This document shows positions 1 to 13,300 of a stretch of DNA of 64,000 bases, one piece after another. Where the stretch lies: contig NC_091984.1 of the NCBI RefSeq assembly GCF_044704955.1, positions 153,202,001 through 153,266,000 on the forward strand, read 5' to 3'. This DNA comes from Pristiophorus japonicus. Its lineage: Eukaryota. Under the pieces are notes generated by a model. The model did no database searches, was not told where the DNA came from, and saw only the letters and a program-made list of their open reading frames with translations. Position numbers and translations under genes: made by a program. Position 1 is the first letter of the stretch. Every line of letters begins with the position of its first letter.

Positions 1-3000
1 GCATTACTCGCCTGGATGTCGATATCACTCCTCTGTATGTCGGTATTATTCGTCGTGGTGAAAGTATTACTCTTCTGGATCTCGGCATTACTTCTTTGAA
101 TGTCGGTATTACTCTTCTGGGTGACGGTATTAGTCCTCTGGGTGTCGGTATTACTCCTCTGGGTGTCGATATTGCATCTCTGGGTGACGGTATTACTCCT
201 CTGGGTTGTTATTACTCGCCTGGTTGTCGATATTACTCCACTGCGTGTCGGTATTACTCCTCTGGATGTTGATATTCATCATCTGGATGTCGGCATTACT
301 CCATTGGGTGTCGGCATTACTCCTCTGGATGTCGATATTCCTCCTCTAAATGTCGGTATTACTCCTCTGGCTGAGGTTATTAGTCCTCTGGGTTTCGGTA
401 CTACATCTCTGGTTGTCGGTATTACTGCTCTGGCTGACGGTATTACTCCTCTGGATGTCGGTAGTATTCATCTGGATGTCGATATTACTCCGCTGGGGTT
501 CGGTATTACTCCTCTGGGAGACGCTATTATTCATCTGTGTATCGGTATTATTCATCTGGATGTCGGTAGTATTCCACTGGGTGACGGTATTACTCCACTG
601 GGTGACGGTATTAATCCTCTGGGTGATGGTATTAATCCTCTAGATGTCGGTCTTATTCCTCTGGGTGTCGGTATTACTCCTCTCGGTGACGGATTAACTC
701 CCATGAGTGACCGTATTACTCCTCTGGATATCGGCATTACTCCTCTGAGTGACAGTATTACTCCTCTGCATGAAGGTATTACTACTCGGGGTGACGCTAT
801 TATTCCTCTGGGTGGCGGTATTACTCCTCTGTTTTGATATTACTCCTCTGGGTGTCCGTAGTACTCCTCTTGGTTGATATTACTCCTCTGGGTGTCATGA
901 TTACTCTTCCCGGTGATCGTATTAAACAACTGGGTATCGGTATTGCTACCCTGCTTCTCAGTCCTGCTCCGGTGGGTGTCAGTATTACTCCTCTGGGTGT
1001 GGGATTGACTCTTCTGGGTTTCGTTATTACTCCTGTGGATGACAGTATTACTCCTCTGGGTGTTGTTATTACTTCTCTGCATGTCGGTATTACTCCTCTG
1101 AATGACGGCATTAGTCCTCTGGGTGTCGGTATTACTCCTCTGGGTGTCGATATTGCATCTCTGGGTGACGGAATTACTCCTCTGGGTTGTTATTACTCGC
1201 CCGGTTGTCGATATTACTCCACTGCGTGTCGGTATTACTCCTCTGGATGTCGGTATTCATCATCTGGGTGTCGGTATTACTCCATTGGGTGTCTGCATTA
1301 CTCCTCTGGATGTAGGTATTCCTCCTCTAAATGTCGGTATTACTCCTTTGGCTGAGGGTATTAGTCCTCTGGGTTTCGGTACTACATCTCTGGGTGTCGG
1401 TATTACTGCTCTGTGTGTCGATATTATTCCTCTCGGTGTAGTATTGCTCGTCTGGATGTCGGTATTGCTCCTCTAGGTGTCAGTATTACAACTCTGCGTG
1501 TCGGTATGACGCCTCTGGATGTCGGTATTACTCCCCTGGGTGACGATATTACTTCTCTGGGTGACTGTATTACTCATCTGGGTGTCGGTATTACTCCACT
1601 GGGTGACTGTATTAATCCTCTTGGTGATGGTATTAATCCTCTAGATGTCGGTCTTATTCCTCTGGGTGTCGCTATTACTCCTCTCGGTGACGGATTAACT
1701 CCCATGAGTGACGGTATTACTCCTTTGGATATCGGTTTTACTCCTCTGGCTGACAGTATTACTCCTCTGCATGAAGGTATTCCAATCGGGGTGACGCTAT
1801 TACTCCTCTGGTTTGCGGATTTACACCTCTGATTTGGTATTACTCCTCTGGGTGTCCGTAGTACTCCTCTGGGTTGATATTACTCCTCTGGGTGTCGTGA
1901 TTACTCTTCCGGGTGATCGTATTACACAACTGGATTTCGGTATTGTTCCCCTGCGTCTCGGTCCTGCTCCGGTGGGTGTCGTTATTACTCCTCTGGGTGT
2001 TGGATTTACTCTCCTGGGTTTCGTTATTACTCCTCTGGATGACGGTATTACTCCTCTGGGTGTTGGTATTACTTTTCTGCATGTCGGTATTACTCCTCTG
2101 GGTGTCGCTATTACTGCTCTGTGTGTCGGTATTATTCATCTCGGTGTCAGTATTGCTCCTCTGGGTGAAGGTATTACTCCTCTGGGTGACGGTATTACTC
2201 CTGTGGGTGATGGAATTAATCCTCTGGATGTCGGTATTATTCCACTGGCTGTCGGTATTACTCCTCTCAGTGACGGATTAACTCCCCTGGGTAACCGTAT
2301 TACTTCTCTGGATATCGGTATTTCTCCTCTGGGTGGCAGTATTACTCCTCTCGATGAAGGTATTACTGCTCGTGGTGACGCTCTTAATCCTCTGGGTAGC
2401 GGTATTATTCCTCTGGTTTGGTATTACTCGTCTGGGTATCGGTATTACTCCACTTGGTGTCGGTATTACTCCTCTGGGTGTCGGTATTTCTCCTTTCGGT
2501 GTCGGTATCACTCCTCTGGGTCTCGGTATAGCTCCTCTTGGTGACGGTTTTACTCCTCTGCTTTTCGGTATTAATCCTCTGGGTGAAAGTATTACTTCTC
2601 TGGGTGACGGTATTACTCCTCTGGATTTCGGAATTACTGCCTGGTTGTCGGTATTACTCCTCTGGGTGTCGCTATTACTCATCTGGGTGTCGGTATTACT
2701 CCTCTCGGTGCCGGTATTGCTCCTCTGAGTGTCGGTATTACACTTCTGGGTGTCGATATTAGTCTTCTGGGTGTTTGTATTACTCCTCTGGGTGACGGTA
2801 TTACTCCGCTGGGTGTCGGTATTACTCCTCTGGTGTCGGTCTTACTCCTCTGCGTGTCGGTATTACTCCTCTTGGTGAAAGTATTACTCATCTGGATGTC
2901 GGTATTACTTCTCTGGATGTCGGTATTCGTCCTCTGGCTGACGGTATTAATTGTCTGGGTGTCGGTATTACTCCTCTGCATGTCAGTTATACTTCTCTGG

Positions 3001-6000
3001 ATGTCGGTATTGCTCCTCTGGGTGACTGTATTACTCCTCTTCGCGACGGTTTTACTCCTCTGCTTTTCGGTATTAATCTTCTGGGTGAAAGTATTAACTC
3101 TCTGGGTGACGGTATTACTTCTCTGGATTTCGGAATTACTGCCCTGGTTGTCGGTATTACTCCTCTGGGTGTCGCCATTACTCATCTGGGTGTCGGTATT
3201 ACTCCTCTTGGTGCCGGTATTGCTCCTCTGAGTGTCGGCATTACACTTCTGGGTGCCGATATTAGTCCTCTGGGTGTTTGTATTACTCCTCTGTGTGACG
3301 GTAGTACTCCTCTGGATGTCGGTATTACTCATTTGGGTGTTGGTTTTACTCCTCTGGTCGTCGGAATTACTTCCACGTATGACAGTATTACTCCTCTGGG
3401 TGACGGCATTATTCCTCTTGATGTATATGTACTCCTCTGGGGTTTGGTATCACTCCACTGGCTCTCGGTACTACACCACTGGCTGTCGGTATTACCCCTC
3501 TGGCTGACGGTATTACTACTCTGGATATCGTTATTACTGATCTGGATGTCGGTATTGCTCCCCTGGGTGACAGTACTTCTCCTCTCGGTGACGGTATTAC
3601 CCATCTGGGTGATGATATTACTCCTCTGAATGTCTGTATTATTCCTCTGCGTGTCGGTATTACTCCTCTCGGCAACGGTATAATTCCCATGGGTGATCGT
3701 ATTACTCCTCTGGATATCGGTAATAGTCCTCTACGTGACAGTATTATTCCTCCCGGTGTCGGTATTACTCCTCTGGGTGTCGGTAGTACTCCTCTGGGTG
3801 AAGGTATTACACGTCTTGGTGTTGGTATTACTCCTCTACATTTAGGTATTATTACTCTGCGTGTCGGTATTACTCCACTTGGTGACGGTATTACTCCTCT
3901 GGATGTCGGTATTACTTCTCTGGGTGTCGGTATTACTCCTCTGGTCGTCGTATTACTCCTCTGTGTGTCGGTATTATTCGTCGTGGTGAAAGTATTACTC
4001 TTCTGGATGTCGGCATTACTTCTTTGAATGTCGGTATTACTCCTCTGGGTGACGGTATTAGTCCTCTGGGTGTCGGTATTACTCCTCTGGGTGTCGTTAT
4101 TGTTCCTCCGGCTGACGGTTTTGCTCCTCTGGGTGTCATTATTGCTGCTCTAGGTGTAGGTATTACTTCTGTGGGTGATGACATTACTCATCTGGGTTTC
4201 GGTATTACTTATCTGATCGACAGTATTAATCCTCTGGTATTGGTATTGCTCCTCTGGTTGTCGGGATTACTCATCTCGGTGACGGCTTTACTCCTCTGGG
4301 TATCGGTGTTACTCCTCTGGGTGACGACATTACTCCTCTGGGTGACGGATCGCTCCTCTCAGTGTCAGTACTACTCCTCTAGATGTCGATTGTACTCCTC
4401 TGGCTGTCGGTATTACTCTCTGCGTGACAGTATTATTCCTCTGGGTCTCGATATTACTCCACTGGTTGACAGTATTACTCCTCTGGGTCACAGTATTACT
4501 CCTCAGTGTTTCGGTAGTACTCCTCTGGGTGACAATATTACTCCTCTGGGTGTCGGGATTACACCGCCGGGTGATGGAATTACTCAAATGGGTCTCGGTA
4601 TTGCTCCTCTGGATCTCTGCATTGGTCCGCTGCGTGTCGGTATTACTCCTCAGGGTGTCGATATTACTCTTTTTGGGCTTCGGTATTACTCCTCGGGGTG
4701 ACGGTATTACTCCTTTGGTGTTGGTATTACTCCTTTGCATGTCGGTATTACTCCTCTCGTTGTCGGTATTACTCCTCTGGTGTCGGACTTACTCCTCTGG
4801 GTGTCGGTATTACTCCTCTGGGTGATGGTATTACTCCTCTGGATATCGGTATTATTCCTCTGGGTGTTGGTATTACTCCTCTTGTTGACAGTATAACTCC
4901 CCTGGGTGACCGCATTACCCCTCTGGATATCGGTATTACTCCTCTGGGTGACAGTATTGCTCCTCTCGATTTAGGTATACTTCTCGGGGTGAAGCTATTA
5001 CTCCTGTGGGTGGCGGTATTACTCCTCTGGATTGGTCTTACTCGTCTGGGTGTCGGTATGACTCCTCTGTGTGTCGATATTACTCATCTGGGTGTTGGTA
5101 TTACTCCTCTGGGTTGGTATTACTCCTCTGGGTGTCGGGATTACACCGGCGGGTGACGGAATTACTCAACTGGGTGTCGGTATTGCTCCTATGGGTCTCT
5201 GCATTGCTCCGCTGCATGTCAGTATTACTCCTCAGGGTGTCGGTATTACTCATTTGGGTTTCGGTATTACTCATTTGGGTGACGGTATTACTCCTTTGGT
5301 GTTGGTATTACTCCTCTGCATGTCGGTATTACTCCTATGGGTGTCGGTATTACTCCACATTGTGACGGTATTACTCCGCTGGATGCCTGTATTACTCATC
5401 TGGGTGTCGGTATTACTCCTCTGGTGTCGGTATTGCTCCTCTGGATAGCGGTATTACTCCACTTGGTGACAATATTACTCAACTGGAAGTCGGTATTACT
5501 ACTCTGGTTGTCGGTGTTACTCCTCTGGGTGACGGTATTACTCATCTGGTTGAAAATATTACACCTCTGGGTGAAAGTATTACGCCTCTGGTTGTCGGCA
5601 TTGCAGCTCTGGATATCAGTATTACTCCTCTGGGTTGGTATTACTCGTCGGGGTGTCGGTATTTATCCGCTGCTTGTCGGTATTACTCCTCTGGGTGTCG
5701 ATATTACTCCTCTGGGTGTCGGTATTACACACCTGCATGTCGGTATTACTCCTCTGGATGTCGGTTTTACTTCTCTGGATGTCAGCATTACTCGCCTGGA
5801 TGTCGATATCACTCCTCTGCTGTTCGGTATTACTCCTCTGTGTGACGAAATTACTCCTCTGGATGTCGGTTTTACTCCTCTTGGTGTTGATATTTCTCCT
5901 CCGGGTGTCGGTATTACTCCTCTGGATGTCGGCATTGCTCCTCTGTGTATCGGAATTACTGTTGTGGATGTCAGTATTACTCCCCTGGGTGACGGTATTA

Positions 6001-9000
6001 CTCCTCTGGGTGACGGTATTACTCCTCTGGATGATGATATTACTCCTCTGGGTGTCGGGATTACACCGCCGGGTGACGGAATTACTGAATAGTGTGTCGG
6101 TATTGCTCCTCTGGGTCTCTGCACTGCTCCGCTGCGTGTCGGTATTACTCCTCAGGGTGTCGGTATTACTCTGTTGGGTTTCGGTATTACTCCTCTGGTG
6201 TTCGGTATTACTCCTCTGGGTGTCGTTATTACTACTCTGGTGTCGGTATTGCTCCTCTGGATAGCGGTATAACTCCTCTTGGTGACAATATAACTCAACT
6301 GGATGTCGGTATTACTACTCTGGTTGTCGGTGTTACTCCTCTGGGTGAAAGTATTACTCCTCTGGTTGTCGGCATTGCAGCTCTGGATATCAGTATTACT
6401 CCTCTGGGTTGGTATTACTCTTCTGGGTGTCGTTATTTATCCGATGCTTGTCGGTATTACTCCTCTGGGTGTCGATATTACTCCTCTGGGTGTCGGTATT
6501 ACACACCTGGATGTCGGTATTACTCCTCTGGATGTCGGTTTTACTTCTCTGGATGTCAGCATTATTCGCCTGGATGTCGATATCACTCCTCTGCTGTTCG
6601 GTATTACTCCTCTGGGTGTCGGGATTACACCGCCGGGTGACGGAATTACTGAATAGTGTGTCGGTATTGCGCCTCTGGGTCTCTGCACTGCTCTGCTGCT
6701 TGTCGGTATTACTCCTCAGGATGTCGGTATTACTCTGTTGGGTTTCGGTATTACTCCTCTGGTGTTCGGTATTACTCCTCTGGGTGAAGGTATTACTCCT
6801 CTGCTTGTCGGTATTAGTACTATAGGTGTCGGTATTACTCAACTTTGTGACGGTATTACTCATCTGGATGTGGGTATTACTCCTCTGGGTGTCGGTATTA
6901 CTCATCTGGATGTGGGTATTACTCCTCTAGGTGTCGGTATTACTCCTCTGGTGTCGGTATTACTCCTCTGGATGTCGGTATTCGTCCTCTGGGTGACGGT
7001 ATTACTTGCCAGGGTGTCGGTATTACTACTCTGCATGTCAGTTATACTTCTCTGGATGTCGGTATTGCTCCTCTGGGTGACGGTATTACTCCTCTTCGCG
7101 ACGGTTTTACCCCTCTGCTTTTCGGTATTAATCCTCTGGGTGAGAGTATTACTTCTCTGGGTGACGGTATTACTCCGCTGGATTTCGGAATTACTGCCCT
7201 GGGTGTCGGTATTGCTCCTCTGGGTGTCGCTATTACTCATCTGGGTGTCGGTATTACTCCTCTCGGTGCCGGTATTGCCCCTCTGAGTGTCGGTATTACA
7301 CTTCTGGGTGTCGATATTAATCCTCTGGGTGTTTGTATTACCCCTCTGCGTGACGGTGTTACTCCTCTGGTGTCGGTATTACTCATCTGCGTGACGGTAC
7401 TACTCATCTGGATTTCGGTATTACTCATCTGGGTGTTGGTTTTACTCCTCAGGACGTCGGAATTACTCCCATGTGTGACAGTATTACTCCTCTGGGTGAC
7501 GGTATTACTCCTCTGGGCAACGGTATTACTCCTCTTGATGTATATGTTACTCCTCTGGGGTTCGGTATCACTCCATTGGCTCTCGGTACTACACCACTGG
7601 CTGTCTGTAATACTCCTCTGGCTGATGGTATTACTTCTCTGGATGTCGGCATTACTCATCTGGATGTCGATTTTACTCCTCTGGTGCTCGGTATTACTCC
7701 TCTGGGTGACGGCATTACTCCTCTGGGTGTCGGTATTACTCATCTGGGTGACGGTATTGCTCATCTGGATGACGGTAATACTGATCTGGGTGTCTATATT
7801 ACTACTATGAGTGTCGGTATTACTCCTCTGGATGTCGATATTACTCCTCTGCGTGTCGGTATTACTTCTCTGGATGTCGGTATTGCTCCCCTGGTTGACG
7901 GTACTTCTCCTCTCGGTGACGGCATTACCCATCTGGGTGATGGTATTACTCCTCTGAATGTCTGTATTATTCCTCTGCGTGTCGGTATTACTCCTCTCGG
8001 TAACGGTATAACTCCCCTGGGTGATCGTATTACTCCTCTGGATATCGGTATTACTCCTCTTTTAGAGAGTATTACTCTTCTGCATGAAGGTATTACTATT
8101 CGGGGTGACGCTATTATTCCTCTGGGTGGCGGTATTACTCCTCTGTTTTGATATTACTCCTCTGGGTGTCCGTAATACTCCTCTGGGTTGATATTACTCC
8201 TCTGGGTGTCGTGATTACTCTTCCGGGTGATCGTATTACACAACTGGGCGTCGGCATTGCTCCCCTGCGTCTCAGTCCTGCTCCGGTGGGTGTCGGTATT
8301 ACTCCTCTGGGTGTGGGATTGACTCTTCTGGGTTTCGTTATTACTCCTCTGGATGACGGTATTACTCCTCTGGGTGTTGGTATTACTTATCTGCATGTCG
8401 GTATTACTCCTCTGGGTGACCGCATTAGTCCTCTGGGTGTCGGTATTACTCCTCTGGGTGTCGATATTGCATCTCTGGGTGACGGTATTACTCCTCTGGG
8501 TTGTTAATATTCGCCTCGTTGTCGATATTACTCCACTGCGTGTCGGTATTACTCCTCTGGATGTCGGCATTCATCATCTGGGTGTCGGTATTACTCCATT
8601 GGGTGTCGGCATTACTCCTCTGGATGTAGGTATTCCTCCTCTAAATGTTGGTATTACTCCTTTGGCTGAGGGTATTAGACCTCTGGGTTTCGGTACTACA
8701 CCTCTGGGTGTCGGTATTACTGCTCTGTGTATCGGTATTATTCCTCTCGGTGTAGTATTACTCCTCTGGATGTCGGTAATGCTCCTCTAGATGTCAGAAT
8801 TACTCCTCTGGGTTACGTTATTACTCCTCTGGATGAAGGTATTACTACTCGTGCTGACGCTATTACTCCTCTGGGTAGCTGTATTATTCCTCTGGTTTGG
8901 TATTACTCGTCTGGGTATAGGTATTACTCATCTTGGTGTCAGTATTACTCCTCTGGGTGTCAGTATTTCTCCTCTCGGCGCCTGTATCACTCCTCTGGGT

Positions 9001-10344
9001 CTCGATATTGCTCCTCTGGGTGAAGGTATTACTCCTCTTCGTGGCCGTTTTGCTCCACTGCTGTACGATATTATTCCTCTGGATGACAGTATTACTTCTC
9101 TGGGTGACGGCATCACCCCTCTGGATTTCTGTATTACGCCTCTGGGTGTCGCTATTACTCCTCTGGGTGTCGCTATTACTCCTCTGGATGTCGGTATTAC
9201 TCCTCTCGGTGACGTTATTGTTCCTCCGGCTGACGGTATTGCTCCTCTGGGTCTCATTATTGCTGCTCTAGGTGTAGGTATTACTCCTCTGGGTGATGAC
9301 ATTACTCATCTGGGTTTCGGTATTACTTATTAGGTCGACAGTATTACTCCTCTGGTATTGGTATTGCTCCTCTGGTTGTCGGGATTACTCATCTCGGTGA
9401 CGGCATTACTCCTCTGGGTATCGGTATTACTCCTCTGGGTGACGACATTACTCCTCTGCGTGACGGTATCGCTCCTCTCAGTGTCAGTACTACTCCTCTA
9501 GATGTCGATTGTACTCCTCTGGCTGTCGGTATTACTCTCTGCGTGACAGTATTATTCCTCTGGGTCTCGATAATACTCCACTGGTTGACAGTATTACTCC
9601 TCTGGGTCACAGTATTACTCCTCAGTGTTTCGGTAGTACTCCTCTGGGTGACAATATTACTGCTCTGGGTGTCGGGATTACACCGCCGAGTGATGGAATT
9701 ACTCAACTGGGTCTCGGTATTGCTCCTCTGGGTCTCTGCATTGCTCCGCTGCGTGTCGGTATTACTCCTCAGGGTGCCGGTATTACTCTTTTGGGATTCG
9801 GTATTACTCCTCTGGGTGATGGTATTACTCCTTTGGTGTTGGTATTACTCCTTTGCATGTCGGTATTACTCCTATGGGTGTCGGTATTACTCCACGTTGT
9901 GACGGTATTACTCCTCTGGATGTCGGTATTACTCCTCTCGGTGTCGGTATTACTCCTCTGATGTCGGTCTTACTCCTCTGGGTGTCGGTATTACTCCTCT
10001 TCGCGCCGGTTTTACTCCTCTGCTTTTCGGTATTAATCCTATGGGTGAAAGTATTACTCACCTGGATGTCGGTATTACTTCTCTGGATGTCGGTATTCGT
10101 CCTCTGGGTGACGGTATTACTCGTCTGGGTGTCGGTATTACTCCTCTGCATGTCAGTTATACTTCTCTGGATGTCGCTATTGCTCCTCTGGGTGACGGCA
10201 TTACTCCTCTTCGCGACGGTTTTGCTCCTCTGCTTTTCGGTATTAATCCTCTGGGAGAAAGTATTACTTCTCTGGGTGACGGTATTACACACCTGGCTGT
10301 CGGTATTACTCCTCTGGATGTCGGTTTTAGTTCTCTGGATGTCA
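1..10344 (+). repeat. Higher-order repeat copy 1 (~10.3 kb; phase set arbitrarily by the window start)
   Basis: Position 1 (GCATTACTCGCCTGGATGTCGATATCACTCCTCTGTATGTC) recurs at 10345. Near-identical ORF pairs: 821/11102, 1813/12093, 2679/12980, 3689/14053, 5337/15765, 7471/17899. Confidence 0.92.
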
Positions 10345-13300
10345 GCATTACTCGCCTGGATGTCGATATCACTCCTCTGTATGTCGGTATTATTCGTCGT
10401 GGTGAAAGTATTACTCTTCTGGATCTCGGCATTACTTCTTTGAATGTCGGTATTACTCCTCTGCGTGACGGTATTAGTCCTCTGGGTGTCGGTATTACTC
10501 CTCAGGGTGTCGATATTGCATCTCTGGGTGACGGTATTACTCCTCTGGGTTGTTATTACTCGCCTGGTTGTCGATATTACTCCATTGGGTGTCGGCATTA
10601 CTCCTCTGGATGTCGATATTCCTCCTCTAAATGTCGGTATTACTCCTCTGGCTGAGGTTATTAGTCCTCTGGGTTTCGGTACTACATCCCTGGTTGTCGG
10701 TATTACTGCTCTGGCTGACGGTATTACTCCTCTGGATGTCGGTAGTATTCATCTGGATGTCGATATTACTCCGCTGGGGTTCGGTATTACTCCTCTGGGA
10801 GACGCTATTATTCATCTGTGTATCGGTATTATTCCTCTGGATGTCGGTAGTATTCCACTGGGTGACGGTATTACTCCACTGGGTGACGGTATTAATCCTC
10901 TGGGTGATGGTATTAATCCTCTAGATGTCGGTCTTATTCCTCTGGGTGTCGGTATTACTCCTCTCGGTGACGGGTTAACTCCCATGAGTGACCGTATTAC
11001 TCCTCTGGATATCGGCATTACTCCTCTGAGTGACAGTATTACTCCTCTGCATGAAGGTATTACTACTCGGGGTGACGCTATTATTCCTCTGGGTGGCGGC
11101 ATTACTCCTCTGTTTTGATATTACTCCTCTGGGTGTCCGTAGTACTCCTCTTGGTTGATATTACTCCTCTGGGTGTCATGATTACTCTTCCCGGTGATCG
11201 TATTAAACAACTGGGTATCGGTATTGCTACCCTGCGTCTCAGTCCTGCTCCGGTGGGTGTCAGTATTACTCCTCTGGGTGTGGGATTGACTCTTCTGGGT
11301 TTCGTTATTACTCCTGTGGATGACAGTATTACTCCTCTGGGTGTTGTTATTACTTCTCTGCATGTCGGTATTACTCCTCTGGGTGACGGCATTAGTCCTC
11401 TGGGTGTCGGTATTACTCCTCTGGGTGTCGATATTGCATCTCTGGGTGACGGTATTACTCCTCTGGGTTGTTATTACTCGCCCGGTTGTCGATATTACTC
11501 CACTGCGTGTCGGTATTACTCCTCTGGATGTCGGTATTCATCATCTGGGTGTCGGTATTACTCCATTGGGTGTCTGCATTACTCCTCTGGATGTAGGTAT
11601 TCCTCCTCTAAATGTCGGTATTACTCCTTTGGCTGAGGGTATTAGTCCTCTGGGTTTCGGTACTACATCTCTGGGTGTCGATATTACTGCTCTGTGTGTC
11701 GATATTATTCCTCTCGGTGTAGTATTGCTCGTCTGGATGTCGGTATTGCTCCTCTAGGTGTCAGTATTACAACTCTGCGTGTCGGTATGACGCCTCTGGA
11801 TGTCGGTATTACTCCCCTGGGTGACGATATTACTTCTCTGGGTGACGGTATTACTCATATGGGTGTCGGTATTACTCCACTGGGTGACTGTATTAATCCT
11901 CTTGGTGATGGTATTAATCCTCTAGATGTCGGTCTTATTCCTCTGGGTGTCGCTATTACTCCTCTCGGTGACGGATTAACTCCCATGAGTGACGGTATTA
12001 CTCCTTTGATATCGGTTTTACTCCTCTGGCTGACAGTATTACTCCTCTGCATGAAGGTATTCCAATCGGGGTGACGCTATTACTCCTCTGGTTTGCGGAT
12101 TTACACCTCTGATTTGGTATTACTCCTCTGGGTGTCCGTAGTACTCCTCTGGGTTGATATTACTCCTCTGGGTGTCGTGATTACTCTTCCGGGTGATTGT
12201 ATTACACAACTGGATTTCGGTATTGTTCCCCTGCGTCTCGGTCCTGCTCCGGTGGGTGTCGTTATTACTCCTCTGGGTGTTGGATTTACTCTCCTGGGTT
12301 TCGTCATTACTCCTCTGGATAACGGTATTACTCCTCTGGGTGTTGGTATTACTTTTCTGCATGTCGGTATTACTCCTCTGGGTGTCGCTATTACTGCTCT
12401 GTGTGTCGGTATTATTCATCTCGGTGTCAGTATTGCTCCTCTGGGTGAAGGTATTACTCCTCTGGGTGACGGTATTACTCCTGTGGGTGATGGAATTAAT
12501 CCTCTGGATGTCGGTATCATTCCACTGGCTGTCGGTATTACTCCTCTCAGTGACGGATTAACTCCCCTGGGTAACCGTATTACTTCTCTGGATATCGGTA
12601 TTTCTCCTCTGGGTGGCAGTATTAGTCCTCTCGATGAAGGTATTACTGCTCGTGGTGACGCTCTTAATCCTCTGGGTAGCGGTATTATTCCTCTGGTTTG
12701 GTATTACTCGTCTGGGTATCGGTATTACTCCACTTGGTGTCGGTATTACTCCTCTGGGTGTCGGTATTTCTCCTTTCGGTGTCGGTATCACTCCTCTGGG
12801 TCTCGGTATAGCTCCTCTTGGTGACGGTATTACTCCTCTTCGCGACGGTTTTACTCCTCTGCTTTTCGGTATTAATCCTCTGGGTGAAAGTATTACTTCT
12901 CTGGGTGACGGTATTACTCCTCTGGATTTCGGAATTACTGCCTGGTTGTCGGTATTACTCCTCTGGGTGTCGCTATTACTCATCTGGGTGTCGGTATTAC
13001 TCCTCTCGGTGCCGGTATTGCTCCTCTGAGTGTCGGTATTACACTTCTGGGTGTCGATATTAGTCTTCTGGGTGTTTGTATTACTCCTCTGGGTGACGGT
13101 ATTACTCCTCTGGGTGTCGGTATTACTCCTCTGGTGTCGGTCTTACTCCTCTGCGTGTCGGTATTACTCCTCTTGGTGAAAGTATTACTCATCTGGATGT
13201 CGGTATTACTTCTCTGGATGTCGGTATTCGTCCTCTGGCTGACGGTATTAATCGTCTGGGTGTCGGTATTACTCCTCTGCATGTCAGTTATACTTCTCTG

